This document shows positions 28,299 to 38,313 of a stretch of DNA of 64,000 bases, in pieces. The stretch's first letter is position 1. Each line of letters starts with the position of its first letter. Source of the stretch: Candidatus Brocadiia bacterium (GTDB taxonomy: Bacteria > Planctomycetota > Brocadiia > CAIUPP01); the NCBI GenBank assembly GCA_050015075.1, contig JBEKCB010000011.1, forward strand, positions 32,001 through 96,000, given 5' to 3'. The notes under the pieces were generated by a model. That model worked only from the letters and a program-made list of their open reading frames with translations, had not been told where the DNA came from and ran no database searches. The position numbers were made by a program, and so were the translations under genes.

Positions 28299-28376
28299 GG
28301 CGCAAGAAATGGGAGTTATGGGAAGGAAGATGGGAGATATGATTGGCGCGGCGGCCTTCCTTATTCTGAAGCGGCG

Positions 28377-30737
28377 ATGAGTAACTGGGAATTCACATTC
28401 ACGGGAACCTGGTCGGCGTGGATCGTCGCGCTGATCGCCTTCGGGGCGGTCGCGTTGACGTTGCTCTTCTACCGCGCGAAGCGGGCGCAGTTGTCGCGGC
28501 GCGCGTTCATTATCCTCACGGTCCTGCGGACGCTGGTGATCGTGGCGACGGCGCTGTTCCTCATGAAGCCGGTGCTTCGCTTCAGCCGCAACGCCGCGGA
28601 GCGCAGCCAGGTGATTGTCCTGCAGGATGTCTCGCAGAGCATGGGCATCCACGACGCCATCGAGGGACGCAGCCGGCTCGAGGCCGGGCTCTTCCTGCTG
28701 CGCGAGTCGCCGTACAAGATCCTCGAGAAGCTCTCCGACACGCACCAGGTCCGCTTTTTCACGTTCGGCAGCGTGACGGCGGAGACGCAGCCCTCCGGCG
28801 CGTTCCAGGCGGACGAGCGCGCGACCGCGCTCGGCGACGCGCTGAAGGAATCCGTCGCGCGCGTCGGACAGCCGGCGACGGCGGCGGTGATCCTGCTCAC
28901 CGACGGCGTTCCGACTTCCGGCGAGGACCCGCGCATGGTCGCGCGTACGCTCGGCGTGCCCGTGTTCCCGATCGCGCTCGGCGGCCGGATGGCGGAGAAG
29001 GGAAAATTCTTCGACATCGGCATCGCCGGCGTCCCGCACAACCTGGAGCTGATCGTCAACAACATCGGGAAGCTGAAATTCACGCTCTCGAACTTCGGCA
29101 TCGAGGGCCTCAGCGACGCCGAGCGCGCCATGACGATGACGCTGAGCTGCAAGAACCAGGTCGTCGCGACCGCGCCGGTGCAGTTCCCCGCGCAGAACGG
29201 CTCGCGCGAGGCGGAGATCGAGTACACGCCCAAGGAGGTCGGCGTCCAGAAGCTCACCGTGGCGCTGCCGACGCTGCCGGGCGAGCCGATCACGGAGAAC
29301 AACACCCGCGAGTTCATCGTGCGCGTGGTGGAGCCGAGGATCCGCGTGCTGATCGTCGAGGGCGTCATCCGCAGCGAGTACCGCTTCCTGCGCAAGGTCC
29401 TCGGCAGCGACCCGACGATCCAGGTCACGAGCGTGATCAAGAAGGACAAGGAGGAGTTCTATCAGCAGGATTCCGACCCGGGCATTGACCTGAGCCGCGG
29501 GCTGCCGCGGAACAAGGAGGACTTCAAGAAGTTCGACGTCGTCATCCTCGGCGACATCGCGCGCGCGGAGTTCACCGACGAGCAGTTGCAGGGCCTGAAG
29601 GACTACGTCTCCGGCGGGGCCGGGCTGCTGGCCATCGGCGGTTATCACGCGTACGGGCCGGGCGGCTACGCGGACAGCCCGGTCGCCGACCTGCTCCCGC
29701 TGAAGATCCATGGGCCGGCGGACGGGCAGAGCGCGGGGAACTTCGCGCCCGCGCTGACGCCGCTCGGCAGAGCGCACCCGGTCTTCGAAGGCTGCGAGAA
29801 GTTCTTCGAGGACTCCTCGAACCCGGCCGATGCGGCCGCGGAGAAAAGTGCCGCCGCCATGGCGACGCTCGACGGCGCGAACCGCGTCGTCGGCGTCAAA
29901 CCCGGCGCGGAGATCCTCATGGTCAACCCGAAGGAGACTCTTCCGGGCGGCAACGAGAATATGCCCGTCGTCGCCGTGCAGCAATTCGGCGTCGGCCGCG
30001 TGCTGGCGCTGACGGCCGACACGACCTGGAAGTGGAGATTCCAGATGGAAGGGCATGGGCTGGATTCTCCGTACTATCGTTTCTGGCGCCAGTCCGTCCG
30101 CTGGGCGGCCGGGCGCAAGGACCAGGGCGGCCAGCGCGTCAAGGACCGCCTGATCGCGTGGCCGGACAAGCTGGAGTACGCGCTCGGCGAGCCGATGACG
30201 ATCGAGGCGCGTGTCCAGAGCGCCGACGGCGAGCCGCTGGACAACGCGAAGGTGGAGGTGGAAATCCAGAACCCGACGCCCGGCGGAGCGGCGCCGCCGC
30301 AGGCTTCGCCGAAAAGCACGGGCGGCGACGCGCCTGCCGCCAAGGCGGTCCTCGGCCGCGACGCTCAGACGGTCGGACAGTATCGCGGCAGCGTGTCGCC
30401 GAGCATCGGCGGGATCGGCCGCGCGATCGTGACGGCCTCGGACAAGAACGCCGAGTTCGCCCGCGTGGAATTCGAGTTCTCCGTCGGGCAGATCGCCGGC
30501 GAATTCGACCGCGTGGACGTGGACGAGGTGCTGCTTCAGACGCTGGCGGCGGAGACCGGCGGCGAGTTCCACACGTTCGCGACCGCCGCGCAGATCCCCG
30601 AGGAACTCGACCAGCGGCAGCACCGCGTGATGTATCACGAGGAAAAGAACATCTGGAACGAGTGGGGCTTCGCGCTGGTGTTCCTGGCGTGCGCCTCCGC
30701 CGAATGGCTCTTGCGCAAACGCAATGCGCTGAATTAA
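28377..30737 (+). CDS. VWA plus glutamine-amidotransferase-like membrane protein
   Basis: Two N-terminal TMs; QDVSQSM, LLTDG; FDVVILGD...GAGLLAIGG, GVGRVLA...TWKW; C-terminal EWLLRKR. Confidence 0.85.
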   Translation: MSNWEFTFTGTWSAWIVALIAFGAVALTLLFYRAKRAQLSRRAFIILTVLRTLVIVATALFLMKPVLRFSRNAAERSQVIVLQDVSQSMGIHDAIEGRSRLEAGLFLLRESPYKILEKLSDTHQVRFFTFGSVTAETQPSGAFQADERATALGDALKESVARVGQPATAAVILLTDGVPTSGEDPRMVARTLGVPVFPIALGGRMAEKGKFFDIGIAGVPHNLELIVNNIGKLKFTLSNFGIEGLSDAERAMTMTLSCKNQVVATAPVQFPAQNGSREAEIEYTPKEVGVQKLTVALPTLPGEPITENNTREFIVRVVEPRIRVLIVEGVIRSEYRFLRKVLGSDPTIQVTSVIKKDKEEFYQQDSDPGIDLSRGLPRNKEDFKKFDVVILGDIARAEFTDEQLQGLKDYVSGGAGLLAIGGYHAYGPGGYADSPVADLLPLKIHGPADGQSAGNFAPALTPLGRAHPVFEGCEKFFEDSSNPADAAAEKSAAAMATLDGANRVVGVKPGAEILMVNPKETLPGGNENMPVVAVQQFGVGRVLALTADTTWKWRFQMEGHGLDSPYYRFWRQSVRWAAGRKDQGGQRVKDRLIAWPDKLEYALGEPMTIEARVQSADGEPLDNAKVEVEIQNPTPGGAAPPQASPKSTGGDAPAAKAVLGRDAQTVGQYRGSVSPSIGGIGRAIVTASDKNAEFARVEFEFSVGQIAGEFDRVDVDEVLLQTLAAETGGEFHTFATAAQIPEELDQRQHRVMYHEEKNIWNEWGFALVFLACASAEWLLRKRNALN

Positions 30738-30741
30738 ACTT

Positions 30742-30770
30742 GGATGGACGATGGACGATGGACGACGGAC
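30742..30770. repeat. GACGATG heptamer tandem (single arm)
   Basis: ggatggacgatggacgatggacgacggac. Confidence 0.65.
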
Positions 30771-30810
30771 TAACGCTCCGATTCCATTGCCTATCTTCGG
30801 AGGCAAAAAT

Positions 30811-31941
30811 TTGCGGCGTTGTATCATTGGACTTCTGCTCATCTTTGCGGCATGCCGGACGGGTTTCGGCGCTGAAAAACTCGCATGGCGCGACGCGTCG
30901 GTCGAACTGAGCGACGGGCGGACGGTCGCCGGGCAGGTCGCGCTCGTGAACGACCAGTTGATCATCCATAACGACGCGCAGGAGAAGAAGTACACCGTCC
31001 GGCTCGCCGAGATGAAGCAGCTCGAGTCGCTCGTCGAGAAGGAATCCTTGGAGAAGAAGTGGTTCTTCAAGGAGGACGGCCGCGACGAGAAAGTCTATAC
31101 CGGCGAGGTCTATCCCGTGCGCTATTTCAACACGCGCGTGACGTTCGGCGACGGGCGCACGCTCGAGGGCCACATCATCAGCACCACGGCGCTTCTCAAA
31201 GTCGGCGACGACGCGCCGGAGCGCCTCTTCCTGACCCGGCAGATGGAGGGCAAGGTCGGCCAGAAGCTCGACGACCTCGTCTACGTCAAGCGCATCGCGC
31301 TCAAGGGCGAAGCCGCCGGCGTCCTGGGCAGCATCCGCGGGACGGTGCGCCTGCCCGCGGGCGAAAAGCTGGTGGGCGTCATCGCCATCAACTGCCAGGA
31401 CGATACCAGCCTCACGGCTGAAATGGGCGGGAACGGCGCGTTCAAGTTCACCGAGTGCACGCGCGGCGCTTACGACCTGATCGTCCTGTCGGACCGGGCG
31501 ATTTACGCAGGGTTCAGCGCGGAAAAGGCGCCCGACGGCGCGCGCCTCGGCGCGGGGACGCTGAAGGAAATCTCCGACTGGTCGAAGAACGTCCGCGATT
31601 TCTTCGACTCGCACGACCCGCTATACGGCGCCGGGAGCCTGGAGCGCGCCTACGTCCTCGTCCGCATGGAACGCGCGCGCGACCGCGCGAACACGCTCCA
31701 GGCCGACACGATGTTCCGCCGCTACGAGGTGTGGCTGATGGCGAAGCCGGAGGACGAGTGGGTGATCGCGAAGCGCTTCGTCCTCCAGCGCGGCCTCAGC
31801 GCGGGCAAGGACATCCCGAGAGAACGCATGGAAATCCGGCCGGCGCTGGCCGGACAGAACGTCAGCGCGGAGCGCAGCGACTTGACGCTTTCGCTGCAAC
31901 TGGCCGGCGGCGACGCGGCCGTTTCTCAGCCGTCGAACTGA
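30811..31941 (+). CDS. Exported hypothetical protein
   Basis: GGAGG then TTG start; signal-peptide-like N-terminus; host-like codon usage; operonic. Confidence 0.75.
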   Translation: MRRCIIGLLLIFAACRTGFGAEKLAWRDASVELSDGRTVAGQVALVNDQLIIHNDAQEKKYTVRLAEMKQLESLVEKESLEKKWFFKEDGRDEKVYTGEVYPVRYFNTRVTFGDGRTLEGHIISTTALLKVGDDAPERLFLTRQMEGKVGQKLDDLVYVKRIALKGEAAGVLGSIRGTVRLPAGEKLVGVIAINCQDDTSLTAEMGGNGAFKFTECTRGAYDLIVLSDRAIYAGFSAEKAPDGARLGAGTLKEISDWSKNVRDFFDSHDPLYGAGSLERAYVLVRMERARDRANTLQADTMFRRYEVWLMAKPEDEWVIAKRFVLQRGLSAGKDIPRERMEIRPALAGQNVSAERSDLTLSLQLAGGDAAVSQPSN

Positions 31942-31951
31942 AAGGGCGGAC

Positions 31952-34900
31952 ATGGCTGCCGGGATAACGGACGAAACGAGAAACGGTCAATCGCCCGAAG
32001 CCGCCGAAGTCGTCCGGGCGCGGCTGAACCGCGCGAGGCAGGCCTGGCGCCGCATGGACGTCGCCGCCGTCCTCCTGCGCGGAGCGGTGGTCGTCCTCGC
32101 CGCCTTCCTCGCCGCCCTGGCGCTGGACAACCTGCTGCGGCTTCCCGGCTTCGTGCGCCTGGTCCTCGGCCTGGCGTTCGTCGCGGGCGCGGTTTACTTC
32201 CTCGGCTTCAAGGTTTTCCATCGCCTCATGCGCCGGCTCACCGACGAGATGGTTGCCGCCCACGTCGAGCACAGCCATCCGGACCTCGACAATTACCTCA
32301 TCAACGCGATCCTGCTGCAGAAGGCCGAATTCGCGGACCCGATCACGCGCCGCATGGCCACCTCGCAACTCGGCGAAGCGGCGCGCGCGGTGGATTCGCT
32401 CTCGCCCGCCGACCCGACGGGCCGCAAGGGCCTGCGGAAATGGGGCCTGATCGCCGGCGGACTCTGCCTGGCGTCCGTCCTCTATGCCGCGGCGCTCCCG
32501 GCCTACTTCTCGAACGCGCTGCAGCGCTACGCCGCGCCGCAGAAATACATCCCGCCGGTGAGCGCGGTCATCCTGACCGTGACGCCCGGGAACGCGGATA
32601 AGCTCCAGGGCGATTCGCTGGTCGTGGAGGCGCGCGGGCCGGCGAGCGTCTACGCCCGGAAGGCGGAGATCACGTTCGAGGACCGCGCTTCCGGCCGGCG
32701 CGAGACGAAGCCGATGGCGTTCGAGGGCGGCTTCTTCTCATATGAGTTCGCCGGCCTGCAGAGCGACTTCAGCTACCGCGTCAGCGCGGGCGATTTCGTC
32801 AGCGACCGATACGCCGTCACCGTCCGCACGCGGCCCGGCGTTCGAGAGGTCAAGCTCACGTACGTTTTCCCGGGCTACATGAATCTGCCCGACCAGGTCG
32901 AGCCGCCGAGCGCTATCGGGAACATCACCGCGCCGGTCGGCACGCGCGTCCGCATCGAGGCTTCAGCCGACCGCCCGATCAAGTCCGCGAGACTTTCCGT
33001 CGGGACGATGGCCGACGGGCAATGGACGGATACGCCGATGACCGTCTCGGGCGGACAGACCGCCCAGGGCGGAATCGAGGTCGCGCGCAGCGGGCGATAT
33101 CGGATCATCGTCCAGGACGCCGCGGACGTCCCGAACCAGCCGGTGGTCGCGCAGATCGTGGCGCTGCCGGACGACCCGCCGGTGGTGCGAGTGACCGATC
33201 CCGGGAAGGACATCACCCTGGACACGTCCGCGAAGCTCGCCGTCTCGGCCGTGGCCAAGGACGATTTCTCGCTTCAGGGAATGGCCTTCTTCATCCAGCG
33301 CGGCGCGGACAAGGACTGGGAGAAAGTCCGGAGCTGGTCGTACAAGGCGACCTCGCGCGAGACGCCGGAAGGCCTGGAGCTTGACCTCAAGCCGCTGAAC
33401 CTCTCCGCCGGGACCGTGCTGAGCTACTACTTCCAGGCGAGCGACGGCATGCCGGGGCGCGACGCGACGGCCGGCCGCAGCCGCACGTACCAGGTGACCA
33501 TCGGCGACGCCGCGGCGGTCAAGCGGAAGTCGGAGCAGGCGCTCGAAGCGCTGCGCGCGCTGATCACCCGGCTGATCGCCATGCAGAAGAGCAACCTCGC
33601 CGCCACGCACGACGTGCGCGGTTGGGCCGAAACGGGGATGGAAGCCGCCGCGCCCGCGCCGCATGGCCTGGCCGAGCGCGCCAGCCCGCTCCGCAAAGCC
33701 GAGGAGGAAATCTACTCGACCGCGGTCCAGACCGTGCGCGAGAACGCCGAGAACGCCGCGGTGGACCTCCTCGACGGCCTTTCCTCGATCGCCTCGCACG
33801 AAGTCGTGCGCGCGCTGGACCAACTCGAAGCCGTCCGCGGCGCCCGGGAAAAAGCGCAGGCGCTGCCGGCGCTCGACACCGCCGCCGCGACCGAACAGCA
33901 GATCGCGGATCTGCTCGAAAAACTGCTGAGCGACCCGCAGGCCTTCGCCAGGGAGCGGCTGACGACGCCGCCGAAGACCCGCCAGGCCGACCAGGAGGAA
34001 GTGCTCCATGGGAACCGGGAGCGCGCCGAGCGCATGCTCGCGGCGGTCAAGGATTTCATCAAGGAACAGGAAGACGTGGTCAAGATGTCCAAGCAGCTCA
34101 AGGACACGCCGGTCAATGATTTCTCGAAGGGCGACGAGGAGAACCTCAAGAAGGTCAGCGACTCCGAGCTCAAATGGGCGAAATATTTCCAGGAACTCGC
34201 CACCGACCTGAGCAAGCTGCCGCCGCAGGATTTCTCGCTCGCGACCCAGGCCAAGGAATTCAACGAGATTTACACCGACGTGCAGAAAGCCGCCGACGCC
34301 GCGGACCAGAAGGCGGTCGAGCTGGCGGTGCCGCTCGAGCAGAGCGGCCTGGAACTCGCCAAGAGCCTGGAGACGAACATCGAGAAGTGGCTCTCGGAGT
34401 CGCCCGACCGGACCGCGTGGAAGATGGAGGACGCCGTCCAGGACTATGACGTGCCGCTGGCGGAGCTGCCCAAGGAACTCGAGGACCTCATCGGCGACCT
34501 GCTGGAGCAGGAGCAGGACCTGCTCGACGACGCGGCCGACGCGACGAGCAACTGGCTCGACAGCATGGACAAGGGCGTCGGCTGGGGCGCCGCGGACGGT
34601 CCAATCGCCGACATGAGCGCCAAGGGCGTCACGGGCAACGTGCTGCCCGACTCGCAGGAGATCGGCGGGCGCAGCGGCGAGGGCCGCACCGGGAAATCCA
34701 GCGGCCAGTACGTGCAGGACACCGCCAGCGGCAAGGGCGGCCGCACCACGCCGACGCGGCTGACGCTGGACCCCTACGAGGCCGGCTCGGTCAAGGACTC
34801 GAGCGCGGAGTCGCCCAGCGGCTCGACCGGCGGCGGCAAGGCGAGCGGCTTCGGCCAGGAAGGGCTTCGCGGTCCGATGCCGCCCACGGTGCGCGGCGAG

Positions 34901-35275
34901 CTCAAGCGCGTCACGCAGCTCCAGCAGCAGTTGATTGACAAGGCGCAGAACCTCGACTACGGCCTGCGGAAATACAACTACCCGCACGGCGAACTCCCGA
35001 AGACCATCGAGCTGATGAAGCAGATTCAGACGAGCATCGAGCAGGGCGACATCCCGACCGCCGGGACGAGTTCGCGCATCGTGCTCTCGAACCTGACGGA
35101 GCTCAAGGACGTGGTCTCGCGGCAGAAGCGGCTCACGCGCGACAACTCGGCCTCGCTGCCGAAGGAAATCCGCGACGAGATCGCCGCCGGGGCGAACGAA
35201 GGCGTGCCGCCGGAATATCGCGACCTGGTCAGCGGCTACTTCCGCGCGCTTTCCGAGGCGGGCACCGGGCCATGA
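31952..35275 (+). CDS. Large membrane-anchored Ig-like/coiled-coil protein (DUF4175-like)
   Basis: Three TMs, P.L...LINA motif, beta-rich DDPPVV..P..D / AKDDF segment, helical region, C-terminal VPPEYR.LV..YF..L. Confidence 0.7.
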   Translation: MAAGITDETRNGQSPEAAEVVRARLNRARQAWRRMDVAAVLLRGAVVVLAAFLAALALDNLLRLPGFVRLVLGLAFVAGAVYFLGFKVFHRLMRRLTDEMVAAHVEHSHPDLDNYLINAILLQKAEFADPITRRMATSQLGEAARAVDSLSPADPTGRKGLRKWGLIAGGLCLASVLYAAALPAYFSNALQRYAAPQKYIPPVSAVILTVTPGNADKLQGDSLVVEARGPASVYARKAEITFEDRASGRRETKPMAFEGGFFSYEFAGLQSDFSYRVSAGDFVSDRYAVTVRTRPGVREVKLTYVFPGYMNLPDQVEPPSAIGNITAPVGTRVRIEASADRPIKSARLSVGTMADGQWTDTPMTVSGGQTAQGGIEVARSGRYRIIVQDAADVPNQPVVAQIVALPDDPPVVRVTDPGKDITLDTSAKLAVSAVAKDDFSLQGMAFFIQRGADKDWEKVRSWSYKATSRETPEGLELDLKPLNLSAGTVLSYYFQASDGMPGRDATAGRSRTYQVTIGDAAAVKRKSEQALEALRALITRLIAMQKSNLAATHDVRGWAETGMEAAAPAPHGLAERASPLRKAEEEIYSTAVQTVRENAENAAVDLLDGLSSIASHEVVRALDQLEAVRGAREKAQALPALDTAAATEQQIADLLEKLLSDPQAFARERLTTPPKTRQADQEEVLHGNRERAERMLAAVKDFIKEQEDVVKMSKQLKDTPVNDFSKGDEENLKKVSDSELKWAKYFQELATDLSKLPPQDFSLATQAKEFNEIYTDVQKAADAADQKAVELAVPLEQSGLELAKSLETNIEKWLSESPDRTAWKMEDAVQDYDVPLAELPKELEDLIGDLLEQEQDLLDDAADATSNWLDSMDKGVGWGAADGPIADMSAKGVTGNVLPDSQEIGGRSGEGRTGKSSGQYVQDTASGKGGRTTPTRLTLDPYEAGSVKDSSAESPSGSTGGGKASGFGQEGLRGPMPPTVRGELKRVTQLQQQLIDKAQNLDYGLRKYNYPHGELPKTIELMKQIQTSIEQGDIPTAGTSSRIVLSNLTELKDVVSRQKRLTRDNSASLPKEIRDEIAAGANEGVPPEYRDLVSGYFRALSEAGTGP

Positions 35276-36207
35276 AGATCGGGGCTGGAATCGCGGCGTT
35301 GGTTCTCCTCGTCCGGTTCGCCGCGGCCGCGGACCCGGCCGACGCGACGAAGGACCGCGACGGCCTGCCGCCGGCGCCGGACGGCGTGAAGTACCTTAAC
35401 CGGGATTCCTGCGGCGCGATGCAGATAAAGGCGCTGAGCGGGAACCTGGTCAAGAACGGCAGCTTCGAGGACGGGCGCTGGTGGCCGGTCGGCTGGGACC
35501 CGTGCGACAAGCTCGGGACGTTCTGGGCCGCGGGCGGAACGGACGGCAAGCGCTGCATCCGCATTGACACGAACCTGCAGGACGACCAGTGGGTGGCCTG
35601 GAACGAGAAGGTGCTCGCGATCGCCGCGCAGGCCGCCAGGCAAACCGCCGGCGATGCGCAGACCGCGGCGGAAGACCCGATCCCGAATCCGCCCGCCCGG
35701 CAGCCGACGAAGGCGCCCTATTACGATACCGTGGCCGGGAACCACGGCATCCATTACCGGTGCGAATTGATCCGCGTCGAGCCCGGCGCGATCTACCGGC
35801 TGAGCGTGGACGCGCGCAACACCTGCGGCGGCGAGCCGATGGTCTTCATCAAGGGCTTCTTCGGCCGGCCCACGATGACGGAATCCGGCGAGCAGGTCCT
35901 CGAGCGCAGCATCTACCGCGTCGAGCGGACGCTCCATAATTCCGACGGTGAGTGGCGGCGGTTCGCCACCGTTTTCCACCCGGCGCTTTCCAAGTCCACC
36001 GTCGAGGGCAAAGCGAAGCAGCCGGAGTGGATGCGCGTGGAGCTTTACGCGTTCTGGCCGGTCGGGATCTACGAGTTCGACAATGTGCGGATCGAGGTCG
36101 TCGGCCACGAGGAAATCCAGCCGCCGCCGCAGCCGGCCGCCGCGAAGGAACCTGCGAAGCCCGCGAAACCGTTGAAGGACGACGAGTTTCCTGTTTTCGA
36201 CAAGTAG
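35272..36207 (+). CDS. Exported protein with CBM4/9-like jelly-roll domain
   Basis: Signal peptide; NLVKNGSFE, VEPGAIYRLS, FDNVRI motifs. Confidence 0.65.
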   Translation: MKIGAGIAALVLLVRFAAAADPADATKDRDGLPPAPDGVKYLNRDSCGAMQIKALSGNLVKNGSFEDGRWWPVGWDPCDKLGTFWAAGGTDGKRCIRIDTNLQDDQWVAWNEKVLAIAAQAARQTAGDAQTAAEDPIPNPPARQPTKAPYYDTVAGNHGIHYRCELIRVEPGAIYRLSVDARNTCGGEPMVFIKGFFGRPTMTESGEQVLERSIYRVERTLHNSDGEWRRFATVFHPALSKSTVEGKAKQPEWMRVELYAFWPVGIYEFDNVRIEVVGHEEIQPPPQPAAAKEPAKPAKPLKDDEFPVFDK

Positions 36208-36210
36208 GCG

Positions 36211-38313
36211 ATGGAGCGAATGACCCCGCAGCGAGCGAACTGGTTGAGCCTCGGCGCCGTCCTTCTCGCGGCGGCGCTCAGCGGCCGTCCAGCGGCAGCG
36301 CAGGTGGTGCGGCCGGAGTGGTGGGATGCGGCCTGGCGCTACCGCGCGCTGTTGAAAGTTCCGGCCAAGGGGCCGGGCGCTTACCGCGCGTGGATCTTCG
36401 CGGGCGACCGCGCCAAGCCGGACGGTTCGGACATCCGCGTGGTCGCTCCGATGGGCCGGGTCGTGGATTTCGCCGTCGTCCGCTCGACGCCGTCGGGCCA
36501 GCACATGATCGTTTTCTCGGAGCCCACAGGCGACCACGGCGGCGGAACCTACGCGGTCTACTTCGGCAATCCCGCCGCGCCCGCGGTGGAGCAGAAGCCG
36601 CCGCAGATGGGGCTCGTGCTCAAGACGCTCGAGATGCCGCAGGGCATGAACGGCGCCACCTGGGCGGGCGTCCAGCAGTCCCTGGCCCGCGCGCGCGTCT
36701 TCGGCCTGGACTTCTGGAAGCAGGTCTTCGACGCCTACAATCCCTTCGGGCCGCAGTCCAGGTACATCAGCGTTTACGACGGCTTCCTGGAGTGCCCGAA
36801 GTCGGGCATCTACAAGTTCGCGACGATGAGCGACGACGGCTCGTTCATGCTGGTGGACGGCGAACTCGTGGCGCAGTGGCCCGGCCAGGGGCACAACATT
36901 GACGAGTCGCGGCACGGCGAGAAGAACGGGCAGAAGAACCTGACCGCCGGCCGGCACGCCTTCCGCTACGTCGGCCTGGCGTTCGACGGCGGCCGGCGGA
37001 TGGCCGCGGTGTGGATGCCGCCGGGCGGTTCCGCGTGGCAAATCATCCCGCCTTCCGCGTTTCCGTCGGTGTTCGCCGTGCCGGTGCTGGCGACCGATGA
37101 CTCCACCCGGCCGATCTGCGCCGCGTTCGGCGCGGAAGAGTTCCAGTACCTCGAGTGCGGCAATGCGCGCATGGTCGCCGTGCAGTTCACCTCGGAGAGC
37201 GGCGCGCAGGCCAGCGCGCTGACCCAGTGGTTCTGGGAGTTCGGCGACGGGTTGATCAGCCGCGAACGCGACCCGATCCACGTCTACATGCTGCCGGGCC
37301 GCTACCAGGTCACGCACACGACCCACGCCGCGGACCAAAGCTCGGACAGCTTCACGCTCACCGTCGAGGTCGAGCCGCTCCGGCAGGACCAGGATTTCAG
37401 TTTCGCGCGGAGACAGCAATTCTGGTTCTGGGTCCAGGACTATCCGGTTGACAAGCTGGCGACGAAGCAGTTGCTCGCCTTCCGCTCGTTCCTGAAGGAG
37501 GTCGAGGAGCCGCGGCGGGTCTTCGATGCCGGCGTCGAGCTGGACCGGCGCCGGGCGGACCTCAGCAAGGCACAGCTCCACTCGGTGGCGCTGGACCTGG
37601 CCGAGTATTACACCGAGCCGCTGCGCAACTGGCAGGCCGCGGAGAAGTACTACCTGCTGGCGCTCGACCAGTGCGGCCCGCAGGATATCGAGCTCCGCGC
37701 GGACATCCGGTTCAAGCTGGCGGCCCTGCATTTTTACTACGCCGGCGACGCGGCGAAGGCCGAGACGGAACTGGCCGCGCTCAGGGACGACTTGCCGAAA
37801 TCGGACGCGACACGACGGCGACAAGCGGCGCTGCAAATCGGCGACATCGAACGCGACGAGGGCCACCTGGACGCGGCGCGCAAGATCTATCTCGAGGCCG
37901 AATCCGATCCGGCCTTCCTGCCGAAGGAGCCGCGGGCCATCGCCGACGGGCGGTTCGCGCAGCAGGCCGAGGCCGAGATTCGCCAGGGCGACGGCGACGC
38001 GGCGCTCGCGCGGCTCGATGAATGGCTGTGGAACTTCCCGACGAAGCGGCTCGACGGGCCGCCGGTGGTGCTGCGGCTCAAGGCGCAGTTGCTTCGGAAG
38101 AAGTACGGCGAAGTCCGCCGGGAGGCGGCGACCTGGCTGAAATATGCGACCGACGCGGACTGCGTCCCGGAAGTCCAGGTGCTCGCCGGTCAGGCTTGCG
38201 CGGCGATGGGCGAGAAAGACGCGGCGCGGGAGTTCTTCCAGGGCGTCATCGAGAAGTGGCCGGAATCGGCCGCCGTGGCGGAAGCGAAGAGCGGGCTGGA
38301 ACAGCTCAAGTGA
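36211..38313 (+). CDS. Exported multidomain protein (DUF2341-like, PA14, PKD, TPR)
   Basis: WWDAAWRYR..KPDGSDIRV..YFGN; G.YKFATMSDDGSF PA14; WEFGDG....P.HVY..PG.Y PKD; helical TPR-like C-terminus. Confidence 0.75.
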   Translation: MERMTPQRANWLSLGAVLLAAALSGRPAAAQVVRPEWWDAAWRYRALLKVPAKGPGAYRAWIFAGDRAKPDGSDIRVVAPMGRVVDFAVVRSTPSGQHMIVFSEPTGDHGGGTYAVYFGNPAAPAVEQKPPQMGLVLKTLEMPQGMNGATWAGVQQSLARARVFGLDFWKQVFDAYNPFGPQSRYISVYDGFLECPKSGIYKFATMSDDGSFMLVDGELVAQWPGQGHNIDESRHGEKNGQKNLTAGRHAFRYVGLAFDGGRRMAAVWMPPGGSAWQIIPPSAFPSVFAVPVLATDDSTRPICAAFGAEEFQYLECGNARMVAVQFTSESGAQASALTQWFWEFGDGLISRERDPIHVYMLPGRYQVTHTTHAADQSSDSFTLTVEVEPLRQDQDFSFARRQQFWFWVQDYPVDKLATKQLLAFRSFLKEVEEPRRVFDAGVELDRRRADLSKAQLHSVALDLAEYYTEPLRNWQAAEKYYLLALDQCGPQDIELRADIRFKLAALHFYYAGDAAKAETELAALRDDLPKSDATRRRQAALQIGDIERDEGHLDAARKIYLEAESDPAFLPKEPRAIADGRFAQQAEAEIRQGDGDAALARLDEWLWNFPTKRLDGPPVVLRLKAQLLRKKYGEVRREAATWLKYATDADCVPEVQVLAGQACAAMGEKDAAREFFQGVIEKWPESAAVAEAKSGLEQLK

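Noticed and set aside
26079-31070. 1663-aa minus-strand ORF and other long antisense ORFs (86-2302, 17983-20145, 32963-34987, 35236-37866)
   Set aside because: They are shadows of well-supported genes on the opposite strand, expected in high-GC DNA, and carry no recognisable motifs.
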